Origin: Anaerolineae bacterium
GTDB taxonomy: Bacteria > Chloroflexota > Anaerolineae > UBA1429
Reading direction: 5' to 3'
Assembly: GCA_040772225.1 (NCBI GenBank)
Contig: JAXGYO010000002.1
Span: 1,725,762 to 1,789,761, forward strand
DNA length: 64,000 nucleotides
Positions 23,405-33,210 of this stretch are shown in pieces. The number at the start of each line of letters is the position of its first letter. Position 1 is the first letter of the stretch. The notes below the pieces were generated by a model. The model was not told the origin of the DNA. It was given only the letters and a program-made list of their open reading frames with translations, and ran no database searches. The position numbers and the translations under genes were made by a program.

Positions 23405-25766
23405 GTCGTACGGGCGCCTCGCCCGGCGCGCCGCGTTGCCGGGCATACTGCTGATCGCCCTCGCACTGCGCCTGTACCGGCTGGGGGACGCGAACCTCTG
23501 GTGGGACGAAGCCCTGGCTGTGTGGGCCGTGCGCAAAGGCCTGGGCGGTGTCACGCTCTGGACCGCTTCGGACGTCCACCCCCCGCTCTTTTTCTGGTCC
23601 CTCTGGGCCTGGGTGCAGGCCTTTGGGGAATCCGAGTTCGCCCTGCGATTGCTTCCGGCGCTCTTTGGCGTGTTCACTGTGGCAGTCGTGTACCTGCTTG
23701 GGCGCCTGGTAGGTGGCGAGCTCACCGGCCTCCTCGCCTCGCTCCTCACAGCCCTGAGCCGGTTTCACGTGTGGTGGTCGCAGGAACTGCGCATGTATGT
23801 TCTGGCGGGGCTGCTGGGGACCCTCTCCCTGTACCTGTTCCTCCGCTGGCTGCGCACCATGCGCTCCGATGCACCGGAGGCAACCAGACCAGCCGGTAAC
23901 CGCCTGCTGACGGCCTGTTCTCTGGCCACACTTGGCGCCCTGTACACCATCTTTCTCAGCGGGGCCTGGGTGCTGGTGGAGAACCTCGTCGTGGTCTATA
24001 TCCTGGTGGCGTTCAAGGGCTATCGCCGCCGCGAAGTGCTGCTGCGATGGGTCATCTCACAGGTCGCCATTGCAGCCATATTGGCGCTGTGGCTCTGGCT
24101 CTCCTGGGGACGGATGACGACCTGGTCCGTGTCTGAACCCGTGTCCCCGGCCTTTGTTGCGCGACTTTATGCCATCCTGTTGACCTCCGGCGCGTCAGTG
24201 GATATCGATCGCTACCTCTGGACCACAATCCTGCCCCTGCTCACGTTGGTCGCCGGCCTGGTCATCCTCATACGGCAGACCATTCAAACCCGAGATTCTG
24301 ACAGCGCAGGGGCGATGGCAACCCTTTCTCTGGCAGTGCTCCTTCCTCCGTCCATCGTATATCTATCCACCCTGCCGCGCAGCCTCTTTTACACACCACA
24401 CATCGAGGCCCGCTACCTGATGCCCTTTGCGCCCGCCTTCTGGGTGCTCCTGGCCTGGAGTGTGGTAGCCATTGCTCGTCGTTGGCGAGTGGCAGGCGGA
24501 GCCATCGCCCTGGGGATCCTCGCATCCTGGCTGGCCGTCCTCCCTGGCCACTATGCGGACCGCATTCTGCGCGACGATTACCAGACAATGGTCCGTGCCA
24601 TTACCAGTCAGTCAGAGCCAGGAGATGTCGTTCTGCTGGACTCTAGCAGCCGCTACCCTCTGTTCCTGTACCAGTACGAACAGCTGGCAACAGAGGGGCG
24701 GCCTCCCTTCCGTACCGTTCCCCAAACGGGCCCGTCCCTGTCTGAGCAGGACGTGGCCTCCTGGCTAGAGGAGAACGCCGGCCAGTACAACCGCATCTGG
24801 CTGGCCGAAGTGGATGTGAATCTCTCGGATCCCGGCAGGATCCTCAGAAAGGCGCTGGATGAGGCCTACGGCCTGGACTGGGCCGAGGGCTATGGGCACA
24901 ACACATTGCTGCTGTTCGCGCCCGGCCAGGAGAGCCCAGGTCTCGCAGAGACCTATACCCCTGAACGTGAGAGCGAGCTCCGTGCAAGCGAGATGGGATT
25001 GCGCGGATGGGAGCTGATGGTCGATCGATTCGTCATGGATGAGCCGATCTGGGTGAGCCTCTACTGGGATCAGCCCCCGGCATCACCTTGCTTCCTGCAG
25101 ATGCTCAATGCAGCGGACCTCGTCGTCGCCAGCCGTTCCGTGGGGCACCCGGAAGCGTTCCCGGGACGCGAGCGCATCGCGCTGCCGGTCACAGCGGCGC
25201 TGCCGCAGGGCGAGTACCGGCTTAGAATGGCTGGCCCCAACGAGTCGTACACTGATCTGCGCACGGTGCGCATCGAAGGCACCCCGAAACTCGCCATGCC
25301 CGCCGGACCTGCGGTGGCCACCGAAGCCACGGTCGGAGACGCCATCGTACTCACCGGCTATACCCTACTGGACGCCTTCGCAGATGGACCACTGACGGCA
25401 CATCCTGGAAAAAGTGTCGTGCTGGATCTCTACTGGCGCGCGACAGGGAACCCCGAACGGGATTGGACCGTGTTCACGCACCTGATCGGCGAGGCCTTCA
25501 ACCCGGCCACGTCCGGCCCGGTGTGGGGTCAGCAAGATGGCATGCCCGGCGGCGGCCAGTGGCCCACGTCAACCTGGCGCGCCGGAGAGGCCGGCGTCGA
25601 TCGCTACATCATCTCGATCGATCCACAGGCGCCACCGGGGGACTATACGCTGTCCTTTGGTATGTACGATGGCAGCACGGGTGAGCGGGCTGAGATTCGT
25701 TCGGCGGGGGGACTGAAGGCAGATCAGCTAACAGTTGGGACGACGATACAAGTCGTAGCGCCTTAG
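23382..25766 (+). CDS. GT39/ArnT/PMT-like membrane glycosyltransferase with large C-terminal extracytoplasmic domain
   Basis: Many TM helices with the family's characteristic N-terminal block (LYRLGDANLWWDEA...HPPLFFW). Start at ATG 23382 overlaps the upstream ORF end. Confidence 0.7.
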   Translation: MHWSAGSESYGRLARRAALPGILLIALALRLYRLGDANLWWDEALAVWAVRKGLGGVTLWTASDVHPPLFFWSLWAWVQAFGESEFALRLLPALFGVFTVAVVYLLGRLVGGELTGLLASLLTALSRFHVWWSQELRMYVLAGLLGTLSLYLFLRWLRTMRSDAPEATRPAGNRLLTACSLATLGALYTIFLSGAWVLVENLVVVYILVAFKGYRRREVLLRWVISQVAIAAILALWLWLSWGRMTTWSVSEPVSPAFVARLYAILLTSGASVDIDRYLWTTILPLLTLVAGLVILIRQTIQTRDSDSAGAMATLSLAVLLPPSIVYLSTLPRSLFYTPHIEARYLMPFAPAFWVLLAWSVVAIARRWRVAGGAIALGILASWLAVLPGHYADRILRDDYQTMVRAITSQSEPGDVVLLDSSSRYPLFLYQYEQLATEGRPPFRTVPQTGPSLSEQDVASWLEENAGQYNRIWLAEVDVNLSDPGRILRKALDEAYGLDWAEGYGHNTLLLFAPGQESPGLAETYTPERESELRASEMGLRGWELMVDRFVMDEPIWVSLYWDQPPASPCFLQMLNAADLVVASRSVGHPEAFPGRERIALPVTAALPQGEYRLRMAGPNESYTDLRTVRIEGTPKLAMPAGPAVATEATVGDAIVLTGYTLLDAFADGPLTAHPGKSVVLDLYWRATGNPERDWTVFTHLIGEAFNPATSGPVWGQQDGMPGGGQWPTSTWRAGEAGVDRYIISIDPQAPPGDYTLSFGMYDGSTGERAEIRSAGGLKADQLTVGTTIQVVAP

Positions 25767-26296
25767 CTCACGGCACTGTCCGCGTACTGCGCGGTCACAT
25801 CGATGTACTTGATCCAGGACTCGTGTACTGGTGCGTGAGCCAGGAGCACGACTGCGCAGTACATGGGCCGGTAAGGGGCGCGTCGCAGAGGCATATTCGC
25901 CTCCTCAGGGGTACGGCTCCCCTTACGGGTGTTGCAGCGCTGGCAGGCGCAGACCACATTCTCCCAGGTCGTGGTTCCGCCCCGTATCCGTGGCAGGACG
26001 TGGTCGACCGTCGCTTCAGATCGGGAGGGACGCTGGCCGCAATACTGGCAGGTGTAGTTATCGCGCATAAAGACGGCGCGCCGTGTCAGAGGAACGCCCG
26101 TCTGCCTGGGGACGTGCACAAAGTGGACCAGCCTGATCACGAGTGGCACGGGCAACGACAGTGTCTCGGCACGGAGACGGCCCTCCGCGGCCTCCACGAC
26201 TTCGGCCTTGTCCTTGAGCAAGAGTACGACCGCACGTCGCAGACTGACGACACTCAACGGCTCATAGGTAGCATTCAGGACGAGTACGGCACTCAT
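25763..26296 (-). CDS. HNH endonuclease (McrA-like)
   Basis: HNH motif CQYCGQ...DHVLPRIRGGTTTWENVVCACQRCNTRKG. Confidence 0.8.
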   Translation of the reverse strand: MSAVLVLNATYEPLSVVSLRRAVVLLLKDKAEVVEAAEGRLRAETLSLPVPLVIRLVHFVHVPRQTGVPLTRRAVFMRDNYTCQYCGQRPSRSEATVDHVLPRIRGGTTTWENVVCACQRCNTRKGSRTPEEANMPLRRAPYRPMYCAVVLLAHAPVHESWIKYIDVTAQYADSAVS

Positions 26297-26430
26297 GCCT
26301 GTCCCTTTCGTACTGCCTCTTGTCCCCAATTGAGCGGCAGTGTACTATGGCACAGCACGGGCGTCAACCAATAATCGGTAGAGTGAGGCGCTAGCCCACT
26401 TGAATGGTCGCAGAAAGGGAACGGTCAAGT

Positions 26431-27069
26431 ATGGAGAGCCCTCGGGCCAGCCAGCATGCGCTGCTGGAGATGCTTTGGCGCGAACGCATGCATACCGACC
26501 CGCAGGCCATAGAGCTGGCCCCGGTGCCAGTGCGACAGGCCTTTGGGTCCATCTGGGAGCCCGCAGAGCGGATACGCGGCTATCTGGAGCGCCTGCCTGC
26601 TGGTTTGCTCTCACTCTGGCTTGAACGGCCTCGCGGCCACCTGGTCTTTACGCACCTGCCCTCAGGATACCATCCAGGCCTGTACACCTGGAGGGGGCGG
26701 GAGTTTGAGGGCGTCTGCACCATTTGCACCGCCGATCTGGCACAGCAACCCTGCACGGCCCTCGTGGCGGTCGGCGATCTGATCGACCATTTGCTGGGAA
26801 GCGGCCTGGAGACGGACGGCGCCTGGCTCGCCGACGGCCTGGGATTAACAGAGGGCCTCAGAGAACTCGCACCTCGTCTGGCCAGGCTGCGTGTGCTCGG
26901 GTACGCGACTCCACACGACATCACGGACACGCCACGCAGCTATTTCTCTCGCGCCTTTGCGCTCTACCTCACCGACTCGGCCGGGCTCAACGTCACGGAC
27001 CCGCTCGCCTACCGATTCTTTCACCACGCGCTGCTCTCAGACGCGTGGTGGAGAGGTATGCCCGGGTAG
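26431..27069 (+). CDS. Hypothetical protein
   Basis: 213-aa ORF with an AAAGGGA RBS. No recognisable domain. Confidence 0.45.
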   Translation: MESPRASQHALLEMLWRERMHTDPQAIELAPVPVRQAFGSIWEPAERIRGYLERLPAGLLSLWLERPRGHLVFTHLPSGYHPGLYTWRGREFEGVCTICTADLAQQPCTALVAVGDLIDHLLGSGLETDGAWLADGLGLTEGLRELAPRLARLRVLGYATPHDITDTPRSYFSRAFALYLTDSAGLNVTDPLAYRFFHHALLSDAWWRGMPG

Positions 27070-27086
27070 ACCCAGGCCCGCTCAAC

Positions 27087-28397
27087 TCATGAGACGCGTT
27101 CGCCCATCAGGTCGTACGGCTCCGCGCCGGTGATGCGCACATCGACCATGCCATCCGGTGGGTCTGATGATGGAAATAGCACGGTGCCATCGATATCCGG
27201 GGCATCGCGATAGCTGCGTCCCACAGCCTGGCCGTCGATATGGTCCTCTACCAGCACCCGCAGCACCCGACCGATCTGCTCCCGGTTGCGCGCCAAAGAG
27301 ATCGCCTGCTGGGCCACCATCGTCTGGTGGTATCTCTCCAGAGCGACGGTTTCAGGCACCTGTCCCGGCATCCGGGCGGCCAGTGTGCCGCGCTCGCGGG
27401 AGTAGGTGAACACGCCTACGTGATCAAAAGCGATTTCCTCGATCAGCCCCAGCAGCGCCTGGTACTCCTCGTCAGTCTCGCCCGGAAAGCCCACAATAAA
27501 GGTGGAACGCAGCGCGATATCGGGCATGGCCTGGCGCAGCCCGCCGATGCGATCGTAGATCGACGCCAAATCGTGTGGCCTGCGCATGCGCCGCAGCACA
27601 TCTGGGTGCCCATGCTGAAGCGGGAGGTCGAGATAGTGACACATCTGCGGGAGCGAGGCCATCGTCCTGATCAACGCATCGCTGATATGCTGGGGATAGG
27701 CGTACAGAATGCGTATCCAGCCCTCCTGCGGGAGGATCTCCGCCAGACGCTCCAGAAGCGGGGGCAGCCCGTCCCGCAAACCGAGGTCACGCCCATAGGC
27801 GGTGGTGTCCTGGGCGATCAGCACCAGCTCCTGAACGCCCTGATCGACCAGCTCCTGTGCCTCGCGCAGGATCTCCGCCCGCGGTTTACTGACCTGCGGT
27901 CCCTTGATCGCTGGAATGGCACAAAAGGCGCAGCCAGCATCGCAACCGTCCGCGATTTTGAGATAGGCCGTTCGCCCCATAATTGCGCTGCGTTGTACTG
28001 AGGCAACCAGATCGCCGCGTTCATGGATGCGGCGCAATACTCCCCGCCGGCGTTGCCCCAGAGCCTCTACGAGCTCAACGATCTCGGGCCACGAGCGCGT
28101 TCCCAGAACGGCATCCACAGCGGGGACACGCCGGCAGATCGTGTCGCTGTCTCGTTGAGGAAAACACCCGGCGGCGATCAGCGCCTGATCTGGCCGCTTG
28201 TGGCGGGCCAGGTCCTCGAGAGTCTCGAGAGATTCTTGCCGCGCATCATGAATAAAGGCGCAAGTGTTGGTGATGAGAATATCGGCCTCGTCCGGATGGG
28301 CGACAGCGCGGTGCCCCGCCTCGATCAGGAGCTGTGCCATCATCTCCGAGTCCACCTGGTTTTTGGGGCATCCGAGGGTGATCAGATAAAAGTTCAT
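27087..28397 (-). CDS. rimO: Ribosomal protein S12 methylthiotransferase (radical SAM, MiaB/RimO family)
   Basis: N-terminal LGCPKNQVDSE (RimO-type MTTase domain), radical SAM cysteines, C-terminal TRAM-like region. Confidence 0.8.
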   Translation of the reverse strand: MNFYLITLGCPKNQVDSEMMAQLLIEAGHRAVAHPDEADILITNTCAFIHDARQESLETLEDLARHKRPDQALIAAGCFPQRDSDTICRRVPAVDAVLGTRSWPEIVELVEALGQRRRGVLRRIHERGDLVASVQRSAIMGRTAYLKIADGCDAGCAFCAIPAIKGPQVSKPRAEILREAQELVDQGVQELVLIAQDTTAYGRDLGLRDGLPPLLERLAEILPQEGWIRILYAYPQHISDALIRTMASLPQMCHYLDLPLQHGHPDVLRRMRRPHDLASIYDRIGGLRQAMPDIALRSTFIVGFPGETDEEYQALLGLIEEIAFDHVGVFTYSRERGTLAARMPGQVPETVALERYHQTMVAQQAISLARNREQIGRVLRVLVEDHIDGQAVGRSYRDAPDIDGTVLFPSSDPPDGMVDVRITGAEPYDLMGERVS

Positions 28398-28463
28398 GAG
28401 GTTCCACCATACGAAAAAAGGCCGCTGCTCACAGGCACCGGCCTTCCAGGGGTCGCCGCCGGC

Positions 28464-29351
28464 TCACTGACCCGGAAGGTTGTCGACGTTGTATTCAAGA
28501 GTAATGACCTGGCCGCTATCGCCCAGACTACCGACGTCATAGCCATTAACGAGCAACTGGAGCCCGCCCGCGTTTCCAACCCGCAAGATGATCGTCTCGG
28601 CCGCCTGCCACTGGGCAGTGTCGTTGGGGCGCATGATCCCGGTGTAGACCCTGGTACCATCAGCCGTCGCCTCCACGTAGGTGTCCGCAGTGGCCAGCGC
28701 CTCGATATACACGCCAGAGACGATCGTCGGGGTCGCCGAGGGTACCGATCGGGGCGTGGGCAAAGAAATCCTCGTCGCTGTCGGCTCCACGCTCGGCTCA
28801 CTCTCCGCCACGGCTTGAGATGGTTCACCACCGGGTTCGGCGGATTGTTGCGGCTCTGGCGTTGTGCCATTGTTCGGCGCGATGACAGTCGCTTGTCCGG
28901 AAGGAGAGACAGGCTCAACTGCAGGGGTGCTGATCACAAGAGGCCAGAGACTCTCGACCCGCATGCCCCGATCGACGTACAGCTCTGTGTAGGCGAACCA
29001 TGCCGCCACCAGCAGGGTAACAAACAACAGAAGGGCAATGAGCCAACCGCAGCTGCGCTTGATGGGGGCCAGGGGCTCGTCGAGGACCTGCGGGTAAACC
29101 TGCTGCGATCGCCCGATGTAGTGAGAGAACTCTTCAACAGCAGCCGCGGGGTCAAGACCAACGTAGCGGGCATAGTTACGCACCAGCCCGCGTCCATAGA
29201 CATCACCGGGCAGCTCGGAATAGCGGCCCTCCTCGAGCGCACGCAGCAGGCCACCGCGGATGTGCGTGGCCGCCTCCGCCTGCTCAAGAGAGATGTCCTT
29301 GCCTTCTCGCGCCTCACGCAGGCGCTCTCCGAGATCGCTCACATATGCCAC
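28464..29351 (-). CDS. RodZ-like HTH (XRE) domain membrane protein with DUF4115-like C-terminus
   Basis: N-terminal HTH (LGERLREAREGKDISLEQAEAATHIR), single TM, Pro/Glu/Ser-rich linker. GTG start. Confidence 0.7.
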   Translation of the reverse strand: MAYVSDLGERLREAREGKDISLEQAEAATHIRGGLLRALEEGRYSELPGDVYGRGLVRNYARYVGLDPAAAVEEFSHYIGRSQQVYPQVLDEPLAPIKRSCGWLIALLLFVTLLVAAWFAYTELYVDRGMRVESLWPLVISTPAVEPVSPSGQATVIAPNNGTTPEPQQSAEPGGEPSQAVAESEPSVEPTATRISLPTPRSVPSATPTIVSGVYIEALATADTYVEATADGTRVYTGIMRPNDTAQWQAAETIILRVGNAGGLQLLVNGYDVGSLGDSGQVITLEYNVDNLPGQ

Positions 29352-29545
29352 CCTGGGGTCTGTTTACACTATTGGTGACTATACACTGGCCACAGGGGAG
29401 TGTCAAAGCCAATTCGCAGGCGCCAGGCGCGCAACGAGCCGGGTCCCGTCCTGTCTGTGGGGCACTAATTGCTCTCCACAGACAGCAATGCTACAGTCAT
29501 TTCATGGGTCTATCGCCGCCTGACAGAGATTCATCCGGAGAGTAG

Positions 29546-30796
29546 ATGAAAAACAGGGTGCAACTGACGCTCACAGACATGGCCCACGGCGGCGATGCCG
29601 TCGGGAGATACGAGGGGCAGGTGATCTTTGTTCCCATGGCGCTGCCCGGGGAGACGGTTACTGTGTCCCTTGAGCAGTCCAGAGCATCCTACGCTCGCGG
29701 CAGGCTCATCAGCATCGATCGCCCTTCGGACGCGCGCGTGTCGCCCCCCTGCCCCGTGTATGGGCGCTGCGGTGGCTGCCAGTGGCAGCATATCAGTTAC
29801 CCCGCCCAGCTTGAGTTCAAGCGCGGTATCGTTCGCGACGTGCTTGAGCGTATCGGTGGCGTACAAGAGCCCAGGGTGCAGCCCATGCTGGGCATGGCTG
29901 AGCCATGGCACTACCGCAACCATGTGCAGCTCCGCATCAACCGCTACGGCCAGGCCGGATACTATGCGCTGCAGAGTCACGAGATCATCGCCACTGAGCA
30001 TTGCATGATCGCACACCCTCTTCTCGACACCATGTGGGACGCACACCGCGCCTGCCGAGTCCGCGCCGATGAGCTGGTTCTGCGCGCGGGCACCAATACG
30101 GGGGACCGGCTAGCCCAGATCAGGGGACGCCACGCCGTGACGGTGCGGGACGACCTGTCCGTCCCCTACAGTTGCCTCTATACCGGGCCGTCCGGCAGGC
30201 GACAGACTCTGGCGGGCCGGGAGTACTACACCGAGCGGGTGCTCGATGTGCCCCTGCGCGTATCCTCAGACGCGTTCTTCCAGAACAACACTGCACAGAC
30301 GGAGCGTCTGATCCAGGTCGCGGCGTCCTACCTGCAACTCCAGGATGGCGAATCGCTCCTGGACGCGTATTGCGGCGGAGGCCTGCTGGGCCTCACGTTG
30401 ACGAACACGTCCAACGCTCTGTTCGGCGTAGAGTCCTACAGCGCCTCGGTACGCGACGCGCGTGCCAACGCCAGGGGCCGGGGCACATTCCTGGAGGGCG
30501 ACGTCGCCCGCGTGGTGAAAAGCCAGGAAATGCACGTGGATGCGATCATCCTGGATCCGCCACGCACGGGCTGCACGCCGGAGACCGTGGATGCTCTGGC
30601 GTCCTGCGGGGCCAGCCGGATCGTGTATGTCTCCTGCGATCCGGCGACGCTGGCCCGCGATGTCGCACGATTCAGGGAACATGGGTATGCTCTGGTAGAG
30701 GCCCAGCCGGTGGACATGTTTCCGCAGACCTATCACATCGAGGTGGTGGCGTTGATGTCTAGACCTGAGACACAAGCGAAGAGATGTGCCACATGA
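29546..30796 (+). CDS. rlmD: 23S rRNA (uracil-5-)-methyltransferase RlmD/RumA family (TRAM + 4Fe-4S + SAM methyltransferase)
   Basis: TRAM N-terminus, CPVYGRCGGCQWQH cluster, class I MTase blocks, C-terminal QPVDMFPQTYHIEVVALM. Confidence 0.85.
   Translation: MKNRVQLTLTDMAHGGDAVGRYEGQVIFVPMALPGETVTVSLEQSRASYARGRLISIDRPSDARVSPPCPVYGRCGGCQWQHISYPAQLEFKRGIVRDVLERIGGVQEPRVQPMLGMAEPWHYRNHVQLRINRYGQAGYYALQSHEIIATEHCMIAHPLLDTMWDAHRACRVRADELVLRAGTNTGDRLAQIRGRHAVTVRDDLSVPYSCLYTGPSGRRQTLAGREYYTERVLDVPLRVSSDAFFQNNTAQTERLIQVAASYLQLQDGESLLDAYCGGGLLGLTLTNTSNALFGVESYSASVRDARANARGRGTFLEGDVARVVKSQEMHVDAIILDPPRTGCTPETVDALASCGASRIVYVSCDPATLARDVARFREHGYALVEAQPVDMFPQTYHIEVVALMSRPETQAKRCAT
30704..30758 (+). repeat. 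Direct repeat copy 1 (native 3' end of rlmD)
   Basis: CAGCCGGTGGACATGTTTCCGCAGACCTATCACATCGAGGTGGTGGCGTTGATGTC. Confidence 0.7.
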
Positions 30797-31239
30797 TCTA
30801 CACGGACATGACAAAACTGGCGCTCAGGCTCTGCTATGATGCACACAGAAATCAACTTGACAGAGGCGAGTTACCTTATGTTTACCACCCGCTGCATTTG
30901 GCGGAGCAGATGCACGACGAAAGCACCGTCATTGTCGCGCTGCTGCATGATGTTGTCGAAGATACGGAATATGACCTTGAAGACCTGGAAAGAAGGGGCT
31001 TTGGTAGAGAGGTGCTGGATGCTTTGGCGCTGCTAACTCATGATGATAGCACATGCTATATGGACTATATCGCGGCGATACGGGATAACCCCATCGCAAG
31101 AACGGTCAAGCTTGCCGATCTCAAGCACAACAGCGATCTCTCGCGTCTGAACAAAATCACTCCTGAAGATCGCCAGCGCGTACGCAAATACCAAAGGGCA
31201 CAGGCCATTCTTGAGGATGACGGATACGGCCCCGTGTGA
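30793..31239 (+). CDS. Small alarmone hydrolase (HD-domain (p)ppGpp hydrolase, RelA/SpoT N-terminal HD-like)
   Basis: HD motif AHRNQLDRGELPYVYHPLHLA, ALLHDVVEDT, KLADLKHN. ATGA start/stop overlap with rlmD. Visibly lower G+C and A/T-ending codons than neighbours (not computed). Confidence 0.8.
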   Translation: MIYTDMTKLALRLCYDAHRNQLDRGELPYVYHPLHLAEQMHDESTVIVALLHDVVEDTEYDLEDLERRGFGREVLDALALLTHDDSTCYMDYIAAIRDNPIARTVKLADLKHNSDLSRLNKITPEDRQRVRKYQRAQAILEDDGYGPV

Positions 31240-31303
31240 ATACGTCGCGTCAAGCAGATTCCCCTGGACGACAGCGAGCCGTATTACCTGGCTGCGTAAA
31301 GTC

Positions 31304-31358
31304 CAGCCGGTGGACATGTTCCGGCAGACGCATCGCATCGAGTGCGTCGCGCTTTTAT
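31304..31358 (+). repeat. Direct repeat copy 2 (displaced/degenerate rlmD 3'-end fragment)
   Basis: CAGCCGGTGGACATGTTCCGGCAGACGCATCGCATCGAGTGCGTCGCGCTTTTATC; about 77% identical to copy 1, exactly 600 bp downstream. In frame it encodes QPVDMFRQTHRIECVALLSR*. Confidence 0.7.
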
Positions 31359-31478
31359 CAAGGAACTCGGTTCAGCCATAGGGACGATGGGCGCTGCGCA
31401 GGCAGCTCGCTGGCGTGGCCTGCGGAGCACCCGGGTCGCTCTTTGCAGGGCGAGGAATGCGCAAGTGAAGGGAAAATC

Positions 31479-31844
31479 ATGTTAGGATACGGGGTCTTGA
31501 ATCTCGGCAGCTTTGTGCTCGGGCTGATCGCTCTGATCCTGCCCATTGCGAGCCTGGTCGTGCAGCGCCGGGTGAGCGACACAAGTCGGATCATCTCGCC
31601 CGCTGTGAGTCTGGGCGCTTGTGCCGTTTCACTGTGCCTGCAGCTCTTTTACGGGGCACACCTGGTAAGGATAGAGGATTGGTCTGCGCTCATGGACACT
31701 GCAGACGCGGCCGCCCGCGTCTCTGCGGCTCTGCTGGTGTGCACGCTTGCGCTGAATGCACTCTCACTGGCGGCACACCGCGGGGACGCAGAGTCCGCCT
31801 GGAGCAGCACGACAGGGAGGCGCCCCGATGGACATCTACAGTGA
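31479..31844 (+). CDS. Small integral membrane protein (about 4 TM), hypothetical
   Basis: Hydrophobic 121-aa ORF with a GAAGGG RBS. The long upstream ORF extension looks like low-complexity junk. Confidence 0.5.
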   Translation: MLGYGVLNLGSFVLGLIALILPIASLVVQRRVSDTSRIISPAVSLGACAVSLCLQLFYGAHLVRIEDWSALMDTADAAARVSAALLVCTLALNALSLAAHRGDAESAWSSTTGRRPDGHLQ

Positions 31845-32292
31845 AGCGATAGCGGTCATGGACGAGCAGTTTGGACATGACGTGGTGATGACGCTGGCAA
31901 CCGTAAATGGCAGCCAGGCAAACGTACGTACGGTCAATGCTTACTACCGGGATGGCGCGTTCTACATCACCACCTATGACCTGAGCAGCAAGATGAAGGA
32001 GATCGGTACCAATCCCAGCGTGGCGCTGTGCCACAGCCTGTTCGTAGCACATGGCAGGGGCACCAACCTGGGGAACCCTCTGGCAGCGGGAAATGAGACG
32101 CTTCGAGATGAGCTGCGCCAGGCGTTCTGCGCCTTTTACGACAGGCATGTCAATGAACCGGATCCGCACACCTGCATCCTCAAGGTGGACCTCACGGACG
32201 CAGTTGTCTTTACGGAGAATGCGAAATACGCCATCGACTTTTCCGGCAAGACCGCCGAAAAGACGCCCTTTGTCAATGACATCGTCTATTAG
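31828..32292 (+). CDS. Pyridoxamine 5'-phosphate oxidase-like FMN-binding split-barrel protein
   Basis: PNPOx-like blocks (VVMTLATVNGSQANVRTVNAYYRDGAFYITT). GGAGG RBS before ATG 31828. Confidence 0.7.
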   Translation: MDIYSEAIAVMDEQFGHDVVMTLATVNGSQANVRTVNAYYRDGAFYITTYDLSSKMKEIGTNPSVALCHSLFVAHGRGTNLGNPLAAGNETLRDELRQAFCAFYDRHVNEPDPHTCILKVDLTDAVVFTENAKYAIDFSGKTAEKTPFVNDIVY

Positions 32293-32337
32293 CCCGTGCG
32301 GCGATCCCGACTCATGCAAGATTGGATCTGTGACACT

Positions 32338-32952
32338 ATGATTGTAGCAAAGAAGCACTATACGCTCCTGGAGTCCTACCGCATCCTGGTCGAGGGCCTA
32401 CTTTCGATGCGCTTTCTGTCGCGAGCCAGATCGCAGGGTGACTTGAACCAGGAGTTCATCGAGCGGATCATGCTGGCGGTGACCGAGGTGAACGGTTGCG
32501 CCGCATGCTCCTATGCTCACACAAAGATGGCGCTGGAGAGCGGTATGAGCGCCAGCGAGGTGCAGGCGATGCTTGCCGGGATTATCGACGATGTCCCCGC
32601 AAACGAAGTGGCTGCTATCCTGTTCGCCCAGCACTATGCCGATACAAAAGGAAACCCAAGCCGTGAGGCATGGGAACGCACGGTTGAGCTGTATGGTCAG
32701 CGAATCGCACAGGGCATCCTCGGGGCCATTCGCGCCATCATGATCGGAAACGTCTACGGTATCCCCTTTAGCGCACTGATAGGCCGGATCAAGGGTAGGC
32801 CTGACCCGCAGAGCAGCTTTGGGAGAGAGATTGCGATGCTCCTGGCCTTTGTACCGGCGCTGCCTGTGGCGCTGCTTCACGCTCTGGTAGCAACTCTGGC
32901 GCGGGTTCCCGTGATCTCGTTCTCTGAGCATTCTGCCACAGCGGCCCACTAG
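32338..32952 (+). CDS. Carboxymuconolactone decarboxylase / AhpD-like family protein
   Basis: CMD/AhpD motif TEVNGCAACSYAHT. Confidence 0.7.
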   Translation: MIVAKKHYTLLESYRILVEGLLSMRFLSRARSQGDLNQEFIERIMLAVTEVNGCAACSYAHTKMALESGMSASEVQAMLAGIIDDVPANEVAAILFAQHYADTKGNPSREAWERTVELYGQRIAQGILGAIRAIMIGNVYGIPFSALIGRIKGRPDPQSSFGREIAMLLAFVPALPVALLHALVATLARVPVISFSEHSATAAH

Positions 32953-33063
32953 ACCTGTGCCAAACCTGGCGCCAGGCCGTTCGCGGGGGCACAGGACCCC
33001 ACCTGTCGCCAGACGCGGTCCGAACGCGGCGCACGGAGAAAAGTGAAAACCTGGCCTGGAGCG

Positions 33064-33210
33064 ATGTTAATGCCGACAATCGGGCACGTGGCCGTCTGGT
33101 CAGCCGACATCGAGCACCTGCGGGCGTTCTACACTCGCTACTTTTGTGGCGTCGCAGGGGAAAAGTACACCAACAGGAGCACTGGCTTTCAGTCGTACTT
33201 TGGAGACCGT
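33064..33210 (+). pseudogene. VOC (glyoxalase-like) family gene, N-terminal fragment only
   Basis: MLMPTIGHVAVWSADIEHLRAFYTRYF...GFQSYF then stop. Ends at the left boundary of the IS element. Confidence 0.5.

Noticed and set aside
31236-31478. Long GTG-initiated ORF extension upstream of the small membrane protein
   Set aside because: The N-terminal 80 residues are Arg/Ser-rich and read across the rlmD-remnant repeat in a different frame. The membrane protein more plausibly starts at ATG 31479 with its own RBS.
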